Positions 20,671-29,891 are shown, counted from the first letter of the stretch. The stretch: DNA of 64,000 nt from Methanosarcinales archaeon (GCA_026016205.1 CP061209.1:634330-698329), one strand, 5' to 3'. The notes: generated by a model from the letters alone, not told the origin. Numbers and translations are program-made.

Positions 20671-21008
20671 TTTCGCAGCTTCATTATTGCTTCTGCTAGG
20701 TCGCCTTTGGCATCCTTCAGGGCTGCCCTCGCTTCATCAGCAGATACCCCTGTCTGCCCAGCCACGAGTGTTACATCTTCTTCAGGTACTTTCAACTCGC
20801 GAGGATGTGTTTCCGGTGTGCCAGTGATTTGATATGTCCTCATGCCCTGGGCACCCATTATCGTGACCTGAGCATCGCTAAAAACTATCTCGCTGTCTGC
20901 CGTCTTGATGATAACCTCCTCAACACCGCTAAGTTCCTCGATGTTGATGCCCATCTGTTTCATCATCTGCTGCAACCTGCGTGGATTCATGCCTCTCATA
21001 GGAATCAT
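20667..21008 (-). CDS. nac: Nascent polypeptide-associated complex protein (NAC alpha homologue)
   Basis: MNPRRLQQMMKQMGI, NAC beta-barrel segment, and C-terminal UBA-like ADEARAALKDAKGDLAEAIMKL. Confidence 0.85.
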   Translation of the reverse strand: MIPMRGMNPRRLQQMMKQMGINIEELSGVEEVIIKTADSEIVFSDAQVTIMGAQGMRTYQITGTPETHPRELKVPEEDVTLVAGQTGVSADEARAALKDAKGDLAEAIMKLRK

Positions 21009-21085
21009 AATACTTACTCCATCTGTATAGGAGAAAGAGTGTACGCACTATTAAACATAACCCTTTATAGAGTGGCCTGAAGATT

Positions 21086-21748
21086 ATGGAATCAGTGACT
21101 GAAATCATCACGTCAAAACAGATAAGGGCGATAGATATCAACTCAGAATACGTTGGCATCCCTCGCCTGGTGCTCATGGAAAACGCCGGCAAAGCAGTTG
21201 CAAATGTTGTGCGAGAACGCTTTGATAAAGGTAAAATCACGATTCTTGCTGGGAGAGGCAACAATGGCGGAGATGCATTCGTTGCCGCCAGACATCTGAA
21301 GGGCTTTGATGTTCAGGTGATGCTGCTCGGTAGCGCCGATGACATAAAGACGAAAGAGGCAAAGATTAATTGGGATAGACTGAAAGATACCAAAGTGACG
21401 CTGGCTGAGGTGCGTAGCTCAAAAGACCTCGATAAGACTTACATCATGGACTCGGACGTGATTATCGATGCGATATTCGGAACGGGCATTACAGGAAAAA
21501 TCAGAGAGCCGGAAGCAACCGCTATAGACTTGATTAATGCATCCAATACGTTCGTAATATCGATTGACATTCCAAGCGGGATGAATCCAGACACGGGTAA
21601 AGGTGAAAAAATTGTCCATCCGGATTTAACGATTACCTTCCACAAAATGAAAAGAGGATTGATAGGAGTGCCTAATGTAAAAGTAGTAGATATCGGCATA
21701 CCAGAAGAGGCGGAATTGTTGGCAGGGCCTGGAGATTTCAGATGCTAG
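21086..21748 (+). CDS. nnrE: NAD(P)H-hydrate epimerase (YjeF N-terminal domain)
   Basis: LMENAGKAVA, GRGNNGGDAFVAARHL and DAIFGTG. Confidence 0.8.
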   Translation: MESVTEIITSKQIRAIDINSEYVGIPRLVLMENAGKAVANVVRERFDKGKITILAGRGNNGGDAFVAARHLKGFDVQVMLLGSADDIKTKEAKINWDRLKDTKVTLAEVRSSKDLDKTYIMDSDVIIDAIFGTGITGKIREPEATAIDLINASNTFVISIDIPSGMNPDTGKGEKIVHPDLTITFHKMKRGLIGVPNVKVVDIGIPEEAELLAGPGDFRC

Positions 21749-22527
21749 CGCCAAGGAACTCAGAAAGCCACAAAGGCGACAATGGACGTATACTCGTCAT
21801 AGGTGGCGGTGCATACGTCGGCGCGCCTGCACTAACAGCATTAGCAGCGCTCAGAGCGGGCGCAGACATAGTGACAGTTGCCGCGCCGTCAAGCGTTTCA
21901 GGCATCATTGCATCATTTTCTCCAAACCTGATTATCTCATCCCTGACATCGGATGTCCTCGTGCCCGATGACGTGCCAATCATAACCGAACTGATAGCCA
22001 AGCATGACGTGGTAGTAATCGGCATGGGTCTGGGCAAGAGCGAGCCTGCGGCTAGGGCGGTTAGAGCAATCGTGCCACTGTGCAAAAAGGTTGTAATCGA
22101 TGCAGATGCATTGAGTGCACTTGAGTTTCCGTTACAGGGGGCAATAATAACACCTCATGTAGGGGAGTTTGAATCGCTTAGCAATATGCACCTGCCAAAA
22201 GACTTGAAGAAGCGAACTGAAATGATCAAAAAGTTTGCCAAAGATAGCGGTGCTGTAGTGCTGTTGAAGGGCAAGATGGACATAATATCTGATGGAGAGA
22301 GGGCAAAAATAAACAAAACCGGCAATCCGGGCATGACAGTTGGCGGAACAGGTGATGTGCTTGCTGGCATCGTAGGGGCGCTGTACGCAACGAATAGCGC
22401 CTTCGAGGCGGCCCTTGTAGGAGCGTTCATAAATGGCAGAGCAGGGGATTTCGCATTTAACAAATATGGATTCGGCCTGTTGGCAACAGATGTTATAGAC
22501 AACATTCCGAAAGCGATGAAACCATGA
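21742..22527 (+). CDS. nnrD: ADP-dependent NAD(P)H-hydrate dehydratase (YjeF C-terminal domain)
   Basis: SHKGDNGRILVIGGG, ITPHVGEF and GGTGDVLAG. Its start overlaps the nnrE stop by 7 nt in a different frame. Confidence 0.8.
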   Translation: MLAPRNSESHKGDNGRILVIGGGAYVGAPALTALAALRAGADIVTVAAPSSVSGIIASFSPNLIISSLTSDVLVPDDVPIITELIAKHDVVVIGMGLGKSEPAARAVRAIVPLCKKVVIDADALSALEFPLQGAIITPHVGEFESLSNMHLPKDLKKRTEMIKKFAKDSGAVVLLKGKMDIISDGERAKINKTGNPGMTVGGTGDVLAGIVGALYATNSAFEAALVGAFINGRAGDFAFNKYGFGLLATDVIDNIPKAMKP

Positions 22528-23216
22528 AGTTTAGAATTGTGCTCGTAGAGCCAAAATATGAGGGGAATATCGGCTCGGTTGCCAGAGTGATGAAGAATTT
22601 TGGTTTTAAAGAGCTGGTACTGGTAAAACCGCCGCCATTGGGTGATTTTTGCAGGGCAATGGCCTCGCATGCAGGGGATGTCCTGAATAACTGCAAGACC
22701 TTCGATTCATTTGTAGATGCGGTGAAAAATTCGAACATTATGGTTGGCACAACTGCAATTACCGGAAAAAGTGATGATGAACACACTCGGATGCCGTTCT
22801 TTACGCCTAAAGATCTAAAGGAGAAATTGTGTGGAAAGGTAGGAGAGATATCACTGGTTTTTGGTAGGGAAGATGCGGGGCTGAGCAACGAGGAGATTAA
22901 GAAATGCGACATGATTGTAGGTGTTCCAACTTGCATGGAATATCCAGTGATGAACTTATCCCATGCAGTAGCCATAATTTTGTATGAATTAAACAATGTC
23001 CCTCCGGGGAAAATCGAACTTGCCAAGCATGACGATTTAGAGCGATTGTATGAGCACTGCCAATTTATCTTAAACCAAACAGACTATCCTAAGCACAAGC
23101 AAAATAAAACGCTCCTGATGCTACGCAGAATATTTGGAAGGGCAATGCTCACCGGACGGGAAGTGCAAACCTTTAGAGGGATATTAAGGAAAATAGAGTT
23201 CCACATTAAAAGATAG
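22524..23216 (+). CDS. SpoU/TrmH-family RNA 2'-O-methyltransferase (TrmJ-like)
   Basis: VLVEPKYEGNIGSVARVMKNFG and SLVFGREDAGLSNEE, followed by the C-terminal knot region NLSHAVAIILYE. Confidence 0.75.
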   Translation: MKFRIVLVEPKYEGNIGSVARVMKNFGFKELVLVKPPPLGDFCRAMASHAGDVLNNCKTFDSFVDAVKNSNIMVGTTAITGKSDDEHTRMPFFTPKDLKEKLCGKVGEISLVFGREDAGLSNEEIKKCDMIVGVPTCMEYPVMNLSHAVAIILYELNNVPPGKIELAKHDDLERLYEHCQFILNQTDYPKHKQNKTLLMLRRIFGRAMLTGREVQTFRGILRKIEFHIKR

Positions 23217-23243
23217 ACAAATATAATAGTATATCAGGGCATT

Positions 23244-23495
23244 TTAGTCACAATAGCGTACGACGAGATAGCATAATACCATGAAAAGTACCATCGCTAG
23301 CGCCAAAAGTGTGTCGGAATTAATGATTGTTGAATAACTGACGAACACATAGCCAAGCCCAAAGAAACAAGAAGTAGCAGAAACAAGGAGAAATAGCATT
23401 AAAAGTGTAGGACTTAACTTTTTTCCACATATCACAAAAGCCATGGTATTTTGTATTAGTTTTGACAATATATAGTTTACCATAAAAAACAACAA
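23244..23495 (-). CDS. Hypothetical small membrane protein
   Basis: 83-aa ORF with three hydrophobic segments in an AT-rich gap; no motif recognised. Confidence 0.35.
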   Translation of the reverse strand: MLFFMVNYILSKLIQNTMAFVICGKKLSPTLLMLFLLVSATSCFFGLGYVFVSYSTIINSDTLLALAMVLFMVLCYLVVRYCD

Positions 23496-23544
23496 TAACC
23501 TTAACCTCGTAATCTACATATCAAATGAGGAGATATAGTAAGTC

Positions 23545-24597
23545 ATGAGCGATAAACAGAAAGATGGCATAAAATATCTAATTGATAAAAAGTGGCTAAT
23601 TGCAAGTGCAATATCCGCGCTCATTCTGCTGCTACTTACCGCCTATTTCTTTTCCCCCCTGATAGACGGCTTGGTATTAGGGCTTGTCTTTGCTTATGTT
23701 GCCAGGCCCATAAAAGAGAGAGTGAGTAAAAAGCATGTATATCTGTCTTGTCTCATCGCCACGTGCTGCATCATTATACCATGTATGCTAATTCTTGGAC
23801 TGGGCACGATAGAGACGATAAATCAGCTCATCTGGATAGCCCAACACCAATCCGAGATAGTAGATTCGTTCATCGGGACACTTGCTGCGATGAATTTACC
23901 TCCGCCGGTGTACAGCGCGATTTTGGATTTCGCGCGAAACTATGCCAGTTCGTTCATAGCAGCAATCAGCCAGATTTCGACGCTGAGGCATGCCAGAAGC
24001 TTGGCGATGATAGGCACAAATTTTCTGGTATCAATCTTTGTGTGCTTTTTCCTACTTGCAGATGGTGAACGGTTTGCAGAAGCGGTTATAGACATCCTGC
24101 CGTCAGAAAAAAAGAAGATACTCAAGTCATACCTCCTGCATGCTGATACGATATTATTTGGCATCTATACTGGCAATTTTTACAATGCAATCGTCGTGAG
24201 TGTAATCTCCCTATTCGTGTTTTTCTTTTTTGGCATACCGCATATTTTTGTGTTATCCTCTTTCATATTTTTGGCTGCACTGCTCCCCATAATCGGCGGT
24301 TGGATGGTGCTTATTCCTATAACAGGATTTATGTACTGGAATTTTGGGATTCAAAGAGCGCTGGGATTTTTGCTTGCCTCTACGATTGCCATATATGCGC
24401 CGTCTGAATTCTTCCTGAAACCATATATCGTGAGCGTAATGTCCAAAACTCATCCACTTCTGATGCTGCTGGCATTTCTGGGCGGAGGACTGATCGCTGG
24501 CATTGCTGGCTTCTTCTTGGCACCGATGATGGTTGGCTTACTTATAGCAGCATACAGGACATTCATCGAAGAAAGAGATAATACCCCTACATTGTAG
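23545..24597 (+). CDS. AI-2E family transporter (PerM/UPF0118) membrane protein
   Basis: 350 aa, multi-TM, with the layout and C-terminal segment typical of this family. Confidence 0.75.
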   Translation: MSDKQKDGIKYLIDKKWLIASAISALILLLLTAYFFSPLIDGLVLGLVFAYVARPIKERVSKKHVYLSCLIATCCIIIPCMLILGLGTIETINQLIWIAQHQSEIVDSFIGTLAAMNLPPPVYSAILDFARNYASSFIAAISQISTLRHARSLAMIGTNFLVSIFVCFFLLADGERFAEAVIDILPSEKKKILKSYLLHADTILFGIYTGNFYNAIVVSVISLFVFFFFGIPHIFVLSSFIFLAALLPIIGGWMVLIPITGFMYWNFGIQRALGFLLASTIAIYAPSEFFLKPYIVSVMSKTHPLLMLLAFLGGGLIAGIAGFFLAPMMVGLLIAAYRTFIEERDNTPTL

Positions 24598-24690
24598 GGC
24601 GAAGGTCATTAACGCGCAACCCACATATCTGGTCGGCATAATCGATAAATAAAGTTAAGAACGATGCAGAGTGAAAGATAGGGTAAAATC

Positions 24691-26565
24691 ATGCAATTAT
24701 TACTCATCCACTCGGATTATATCGAATATGAGGTAACAAAGGAGACCCCTATTGCAGAGAAGATAGATGAATCGCTCAAGAAGGGTCGGCTGGAGGATTC
24801 CATAGGGGCGTTCATCGCAGTTGAGAGGGTCGACGAAACAAATCCAAAAAAAGCGGCAGAGCAAACTGCAGATGAAATTAAAAATGTTGCCAATCAAGTC
24901 AAGGCTAAAAATGTCATGCTCTACCCCTATGCACACCTAAGTTCCGATCTTGCGTCGCCAAAGGTTGCAGTGGAAGTGCTAAAGAGCATTGAAGAGCTTT
25001 TGAAGCCCCATCTTAGCGTTGTACGAGCGCCATTTGGATGGTACAAGGCATTTAAGCTCAGCTGCAAAGGACACCCTTTATCAGAGTTATCCAGGAGCAT
25101 CAAACCCACGGAGAAAGAGAAGGTTTCAGAAGCCCTGAAGGCAGAGAAGATTGAATCACATTGGCGTGTATTAACGCCGGATGACGAACTTCTGGAAATA
25201 AACGAATTTGACTTTTCCAAACACGAGAAGCTCAAAAAGTTCGCCGATTATGAGATGACCAAAAGTAGGGCCGTTGAGCGAGTACCACCGCATGTCGAGT
25301 TGATGCGCCGTTTTGAGTTCGCAGACTATGAGCCCGGCTCGGACCCTGGCAACATGCGGTTCTACCCAAAAGGGAGGCTTGTGAAAAGTTTGTTAGAAGA
25401 CTATGTGCTCAGGCGTGCTATTGACTATGGTGCCATGGAAGTCGAAACCCCAATTATGTATGACATGGAACATCCCACGTTGCGGAAATACCTGGAGAGG
25501 TTTCCAGCACGCCAGTATTCAATGGAGTCTGACAAAAGACGACTGTTCCTAAGATTTTCCGCATGCTTTGGCCAGTTTCTCATGAATCATGACATGACGA
25601 TTTCGTACAGAAACCTGCCGTTAAAGATGCTCGAAATGACCAGGTATAGTTTCAGGAGGGAACAAAGAGGCGAACTGGTTGGACTGCGTCGCCTCAGAAC
25701 CTTCACGATGCCGGATATGCACACTTTATGTGAAGACATGACGCAGGCTGTCGAGGAGTTTAAGAAACAATACCAGATGTGCATGGATGTCTTGGCTGAC
25801 ATAGGACTTAGCCAAAAAGACTACGAAGTTGCCATCAGATTTACTAAGGATTTTTATGATGCAAACAAGACGTTCATCCACAGCCTGGCCAAGATTGTTG
25901 ACAAACCCGTTCTAATCGAGATGTGGGATGAGCGTTTCTTCTACTTCGTACTCAAGTTCGAGTTCAACTTCGTAGATGCGCTGGATAAGGCAAGCGCCAT
26001 GTCAACGGTGCAGATAGACGTGGAGAACGCTGAGCGGTATGATATCAAATTTATAGATGCTAATAACAAAGAAAAAAGACCAACTATCCTGCATTGCTCG
26101 CCGAGTGGCGCCATAGAACGATGTATGTATGCGCTGCTGGAAAAGGCATGGATGGATGCCCAGCATGGAAAAATGCCAATGCTACCGCTCTGGATATCGC
26201 CAACACAGGTCAGGATAGTCCCAGTAGCAGACAGGCACTTCAAATATGCTGATGAAATTGCAACGCAACTGGAGATGCAACATATCAGGGTCGATGTCGA
26301 TGACAGAGAGGGGACACTAAACAAAAAGATCAGGGATGCGGGCATGGAGTGGATTCCATACGTAGTGGTAATTGGTGATAATGAAATGCAAAGTGGCATG
26401 CTTAAGGTTACAATCAGGGAAGAGTCTAGACCTAAAAAAGCGCAAAATGTAGATATGTCTCCAACTGAACTATCTTCCCGAATTTTGGCAAAGACCAAAC
26501 CTATGCCCTATAAACCGCTTCCTCTGCCCAGATACCTATCCTCCAGGCCAAAATTTGTCGGATAG
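24691..26565 (+). CDS. thrS: Threonyl-tRNA synthetase, archaeal type with an N-terminal DTD-like editing domain
   Basis: [15 protein letters not shown] editing-domain start, class II core ([24 protein letters not shown]) and a C-terminal anticodon-binding domain. Confidence 0.92.
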   Translation: MQLLLIHSDYIEYEVTKETPIAEKIDESLKKGRLEDSIGAFIAVERVDETNPKKAAEQTADEIKNVANQVKAKNVMLYPYAHLSSDLASPKVAVEVLKSIEELLKPHLSVVRAPFGWYKAFKLSCKGHPLSELSRSIKPTEKEKVSEALKAEKIESHWRVLTPDDELLEINEFDFSKHEKLKKFADYEMTKSRAVERVPPHVELMRRFEFADYEPGSDPGNMRFYPKGRLVKSLLEDYVLRRAIDYGAMEVETPIMYDMEHPTLRKYLERFPARQYSMESDKRRLFLRFSACFGQFLMNHDMTISYRNLPLKMLEMTRYSFRREQRGELVGLRRLRTFTMPDMHTLCEDMTQAVEEFKKQYQMCMDVLADIGLSQKDYEVAIRFTKDFYDANKTFIHSLAKIVDKPVLIEMWDERFFYFVLKFEFNFVDALDKASAMSTVQIDVENAERYDIKFIDANNKEKRPTILHCSPSGAIERCMYALLEKAWMDAQHGKMPMLPLWISPTQVRIVPVADRHFKYADEIATQLEMQHIRVDVDDREGTLNKKIRDAGMEWIPYVVVIGDNEMQSGMLKVTIREESRPKKAQNVDMSPTELSSRILAKTKPMPYKPLPLPRYLSSRPKFVG

Positions 26566-26612
26566 AACGAAGGATTTAATATCCCACATATAATATCCTA
26601 AAGAAGAGGAAC

Positions 26613-26894
26613 ATGATAGGCCCAACCGAATTGATGACTATACTTGCTATAGCAGCAGTTTTATTCGGCACCAACAAACTGCCCGAAATCGCACGTCAGA
26701 TGGGCAAGGCGATGGGTGAGTTCAAGAAGGCGCAGATGGAATTTGAATCAGAGATTAAATCAGCTACATCCATAACGCCCAAGCCGGTTGAATCCAAAGC
26801 GAAAAGTTCTGGCGACTTTGATATCGAAGATAAACTCAAGGATAAAGTAGTCGGACAGGTTACCTCCAAATTGAAGTCGAAGGTTTTAAAGTGA
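26613..26894 (+). CDS. tatA: Twin-arginine translocase subunit TatA/E
   Basis: TM helix followed by FGTNKLPEIARQMGKAMGEFKKA. Confidence 0.8.
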   Translation: MIGPTELMTILAIAAVLFGTNKLPEIARQMGKAMGEFKKAQMEFESEIKSATSITPKPVESKAKSSGDFDIEDKLKDKVVGQVTSKLKSKVLK

Positions 26895-26895
26895 C

Positions 26896-27276
26896 TTATC
26901 TTATCACGGTTACCGGGCAGGGGGCATAGCGAGTTACAGCCTCAGCGACACTCCCCAACTCCATTCGTTTAATTCCTGTGATACCTCTTGACCCCATAAT
27001 TACCTGGTCAATATTTCCCTTTTCTGCCTCTTCAATAATGCCCCTGGAAATGACAGAATTAATGTATGACTTGGTGTTGCATTCAACACCAATTCCTTTT
27101 GCTATATCTCTGACTTGCGCGAGCACTCTCTCACTCTCTTCTTGCGCAACTGGCGATGTGATGACGTGAAGGGCAGTAATGCTGGCGCCAGAATCTTTAG
27201 CAAATTGTAAGGCGTACCTGGCCGCTTTCTCTGCCTCAGATGATCCATCAACAGCCATTAATAATTTTTTAATCAT
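26896..27276 (-). CDS. Universal stress protein (UspA family)
   Basis: 126 aa; KKLLMAVDGS, VIMGSRGITG and CPVTVIR. Confidence 0.8.
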   Translation of the reverse strand: MIKKLLMAVDGSSEAEKAARYALQFAKDSGASITALHVITSPVAQEESERVLAQVRDIAKGIGVECNTKSYINSVISRGIIEEAEKGNIDQVIMGSRGITGIKRMELGSVAEAVTRYAPCPVTVIR

Positions 27277-27342
27277 ATACCACCACTTCCGCCCATTTTT
27301 AAATATACTTTAAACATACTCGGCACTAATAAAGTTACCGAA

Positions 27343-27416
27343 TGGGGGCGGTAGGATTTGAACCCACGATCGGCTGGTCTGGAGCCAGCTGCCCTTCCGG
27401 ACTAGGCCACGCCCCC
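27343..27416 (-). tRNA. tRNA-Trp(CCA), no intron
   Basis: Reverse complement GGGGGCG TG GCCT AGTCCGGAA GGGC A GCTGG CTCCAGA CCAGC CGATC GTGGG TTCAAAT CCTAC CGCCCCC A. Confidence 0.9.
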
Positions 27417-27422
27417 ATAAGA

Positions 27423-27522
27423 TAGTCCCGGGCGGATTCGAACCGCCGTCGCGGGCTTTCTTCACAACCCTTAAAAAGGTTGTGCCAAAGGCCCGCAGGA
27501 TTGACCACTACCCTACGGGACT
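27423..27522 (-). tRNA. tRNA-Gln(UUG) with a canonical 27-nt intron (plus coordinates ~27458..27484)
   Basis: Reverse complement AGTCCCG TA GGGT..ATCC .. CGGGC CTTTGG[CACAACCTTTTTAAGGGTTGTGAAGAA]A GCCCG .. GGCGG TTCGAAT CCGCC CGGGACT A. The BHB is clean: central helix CTTT/GAAG, 3-nt bulges GGC and AAA, inner helix ACAACC/GGTTGT. Confidence 0.85.
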
Positions 27523-27544
27523 ATACTTCGTTTAAGCGAATGCA

Positions 27545-27618
27545 TGGGCCCGGCCGGATTCGAACCGGCGATCTCCGCCGTGTAAAGGCGATGTCATAAC
27601 CAACTAGACCACGGGCCC
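27545..27618 (-). tRNA. tRNA-Val(UAC)
   Basis: Near-identical body to the Val(CAC) gene at 10038; anticodon loop TTTACAC. Confidence 0.9.
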
Positions 27619-27752
27619 TTGCCCAAAGAGATGATATACGATTACTCATAAATCTTTTGGGTTTTATACCGGCAGAACAAAGTAAATTGTGGCAAGCGAG
27701 AGAAATGCCATTATAAGCAGGACTGCCACTATTCTCTCTTCTTTCTGCATCA

Positions 27753-27880
27753 TGGACCGGTCGGGATTTGAACCCGAGGCTTATAGGCGCAGTCAAAGCG
27801 CTCTCTACCAATAAGGATGTCATGCTCTTTCAGACCATGACATTTGCCAAGGTAGCGATCTACCCCTGATCTACCGGCCC
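27753..27880 (-). tRNA. tRNA-Ala(GGC) interrupted by two introns: 34 nt at 37/38 (27811..27844) and 22 nt at 45/46 (27781..27802)
   Basis: Reverse complement GGGCCGG TA GATC AGGGGTA GATC G CTACC TTGGCA[34 nt]T GGTAG AG[22 nt]GCC TCGGG TTCAAAT CCCGA CCGGTCC A. It has the G3:U70 Ala identity pair. The mature length is 72 nt, and both inserts show bulge(3)-helix(4)-bulge(3) geometry. Confidence 0.7.
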
Positions 27881-27988
27881 GAGTATATTCTTGAATGGCA
27901 AGATTTTACAATAAATCTATCGGTGAGGGGCTTTTTATATAAAGAAAACTTTAACTATATGCTGCCCTAACTCTGTGGCAATTCATCT

Positions 27989-28080
27989 GGGCCCGTAGCT
28001 TAGTCTGGTTGGAACTCGTAAGAGCAATATGCGCACGGCTGATAACCGTGAGGTCGGGCGTTCAAATCGCCCCGGGCCCA
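27989..28080 (+). tRNA. tRNA-Ile(GAU) with a 17-nt non-canonical intron in the D-arm (28014..28030)
   Basis: GGGCCCG TA GCTT AGTCTGGTTG GA[ACTCGTAAGAGCAATAT]GC G CACGG CTGATAA CCGTG AGGTC GGGCG TTCAAAT CGCCC CGGGCCC A. Removing the insert restores D-stem GCTT/GAGC. BHB: GTTG/CAAT helix, bulges GAA and ATG, inner CTC-GTAA-GAG hairpin. Confidence 0.7.
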
Positions 28081-28085
28081 CTATT

Positions 28086-28123
28086 TAGATAAAAAAATAA
28101 AAAAAAAGAAGGAAAAAAAGTAG
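28086..28123 (-). terminator. Oligo-T tract downstream of the MC1 gene (archaeal intrinsic terminator candidate)
   Basis: The reverse strand reads CTACTTTTTTTCCTTCTTTTTTTTTATTTTTTTATC immediately after the MC1 stop codon. Confidence 0.4.
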
Positions 28124-28432
28124 TTACTTCAAAACGTCAGATGGATTTCTTGATAGTTGGTTATATTTCAGGTGGCGAACGCCAACCTTCTTAACCTTTG
28201 GTTTCCAGACCGTTGATGGTAACCAGCTCGGTGCACCACTTGGAGCACTGACTTTCTCTCTCGAACCAGTAAATACATGAAGTCTTTTTGTACCCTTCTC
28301 TCTGAGGACTATTTTTGTCTTTCCTCTGCTTGCGCATTTTAGAGCAGCATCTCGTGGCTGAAAACCACTGAATGTTCCCAATTCTTTACCATTCTCTATC
28401 AAACCAAAATTCTTTTTAGCTCTGTTTGCCAT
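28124..28432 (-). CDS. Chromatin protein MC1
   Basis: FSGFQPRDAALKCASRG...IVLREKGTKRLHVFTG...APSWLPSTVWKPKVKK closely follows the Methanosarcina MC1 pattern. ATG at 28432 preferred over the TTG at 28447. Confidence 0.85.
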   Translation of the reverse strand: MANRAKKNFGLIENGKELGTFSGFQPRDAALKCASRGKTKIVLREKGTKRLHVFTGSREKVSAPSGAPSWLPSTVWKPKVKKVGVRHLKYNQLSRNPSDVLK

Positions 28433-28553
28433 ATTCAATCTCCCCAAACTTTACTCAGTAGATAAAGATATAATCCTCTCCTATTTCAACGTTGCGTTTT
28501 TTTCTTGATGCCAAACCCGTATATTCAACGTGATTTTGAATTCTGCAATCAAA

Positions 28554-29858
28554 TTACCATGTAAAAAGGCCAAAAAAGTACAAAATTAGTGGAAGCAGTA
28601 ATATGCCCATGGCATGCGTTCTTCTCACCTTAAGGTAAGGCGAGAGCATCCCAACAACCATAGCGATTGCGAAGACGATAAACCCAAACAAACCCGTGAA
28701 CAAAACAACCATTACTCCTAGACAAAGCAAAATTGCTGCACTGAGCTTTGAATAGTTCATGCGGACTAGAAGTTTAGATGCACGGTCACCTATAAAAATC
28801 GTGGCGAAGTAAGATAGAATTGAAACTCCTACAACGACCATCAAGAGAAGCACTATTAATGATATGCTCCATGCATTTGGCTCCATGACGCTTTTGATGG
28901 CAACCATGGCACCGCTGCGCGGTCGCTGAATAGTATATAGCGCGATTATGCCAAAAATTGCGTTCGCCGTGTTAACCCCGCTGACTGCGACTATAAACTC
29001 CCTTGAAGAACCTTCTCCTTTTTCCTTGACCAATAACCGAGTTACCACTGTCGCCACTGCAGGCGATACCCCGGGCAGCCATGCCACCATGGACCCAGCT
29101 AAACTTCCCGTGAATATGCCCCTTGTTACCCTTCGTTTTGACAGTTTAAATTTCGTCTTCACCTGTTTAGGAATCGTGGACTTGGTGACCAAGCTAATTA
29201 TGAGCATGCTTGCCCCAAACATTCCTGAGAGCAGTGGAAATAATATAGAAGGTTCGCCAATGGGTATTATAGGGCACATCAAGCCGCTTCTGGTGAAGGA
29301 AAAGATGCCCAGCATACCAGAGAGCAGAAACACCAGTGCAGCATATCCTTTGTATTTGAGCTTCGACTCCCAAGGGTCTATTCTCTCACCGCTCTCGGTC
29401 CCTATCATAATTAGTGCGATGGATAGCAAAATCCAGCCCATATATTGGTTGAGAATGGGATAGATATGCTTGAAGAGGATGCCGAGCGGTAGTATGAGTC
29501 CCAATGCTACTATCACCGAGCCGGCGCTGCCCAACGCAGATAATCTAATCGCTTCAATGCCTCTTCCCTCTAACAACAGCCTATGCCCTGGCAGGACCGC
29601 AAGCGCCGTCTCTGCCTCAGGTGCGCCAAGGAATATTGACGGGATGAAATCCAAAAAAGTGTGTGCTACCGCATTTGCTAGGATTATAATAATGATACAG
29701 ACCGGCGAAATGCCATGCTGGAGCAGCGCTGGAGAGAATGTGACGAGCAGTATTGCGACGTTGTTGACGTGAAGCCCTGGGATTAACCCGGTAATGATGC
29801 CCAGAGCGCATCCTACAAGGGCGGATGCTAACAAGAAATGCAACGCAATCTGTGGCAT
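28554..29858 (-). CDS. TctA-like (DUF112) integral membrane protein
   Basis: 434 aa with ~11-12 TM segments; the N-terminal ITGLIPGLHVNNVAILL is typical of the archaeal DUF112/TctA family. Confidence 0.65.
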   Translation of the reverse strand: MPQIALHFLLASALVGCALGIITGLIPGLHVNNVAILLVTFSPALLQHGISPVCIIIIILANAVAHTFLDFIPSIFLGAPEAETALAVLPGHRLLLEGRGIEAIRLSALGSAGSVIVALGLILPLGILFKHIYPILNQYMGWILLSIALIMIGTESGERIDPWESKLKYKGYAALVFLLSGMLGIFSFTRSGLMCPIIPIGEPSILFPLLSGMFGASMLIISLVTKSTIPKQVKTKFKLSKRRVTRGIFTGSLAGSMVAWLPGVSPAVATVVTRLLVKEKGEGSSREFIVAVSGVNTANAIFGIIALYTIQRPRSGAMVAIKSVMEPNAWSISLIVLLLMVVVGVSILSYFATIFIGDRASKLLVRMNYSKLSAAILLCLGVMVVLFTGLFGFIVFAIAMVVGMLSPYLKVRRTHAMGILLLPLILYFFGLFTW

Positions 29859-29891
29859 GAATCGTTTTCATTACACTTATAGATGAAAAAG

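Noticed and set aside
21746-21748. In-frame TAG at the end of nnrE as a possible pyrrolysine read-through joining the two Nnr halves
   Set aside because: Reading through the TAG in frame gives RQGTQKATKATMDVYSS and then another stop, with no similarity to the dehydratase domain. The dehydratase is in a different frame.
22155-23026. Two long minus-strand ORFs (171 and 177 aa), and similar cases at 3153..3638, 14597..15205, 25941..26498, 28948..29463 and 33557..34030
   Set aside because: Each is fully antisense to a strongly supported gene (nnrD/trmJ-like, xpd, hmgA, thrS, the TctA-like gene, purE), and none has a recognisable motif.
27664-27750. 28-aa hydrophobic micro-ORF between tRNA-Val and tRNA-Ala
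   Set aside because: Its start abuts the 3' end of the tRNA-Ala gene on the same strand, inside what is probably a tRNA precursor spacer. There is no RBS and it is very short.
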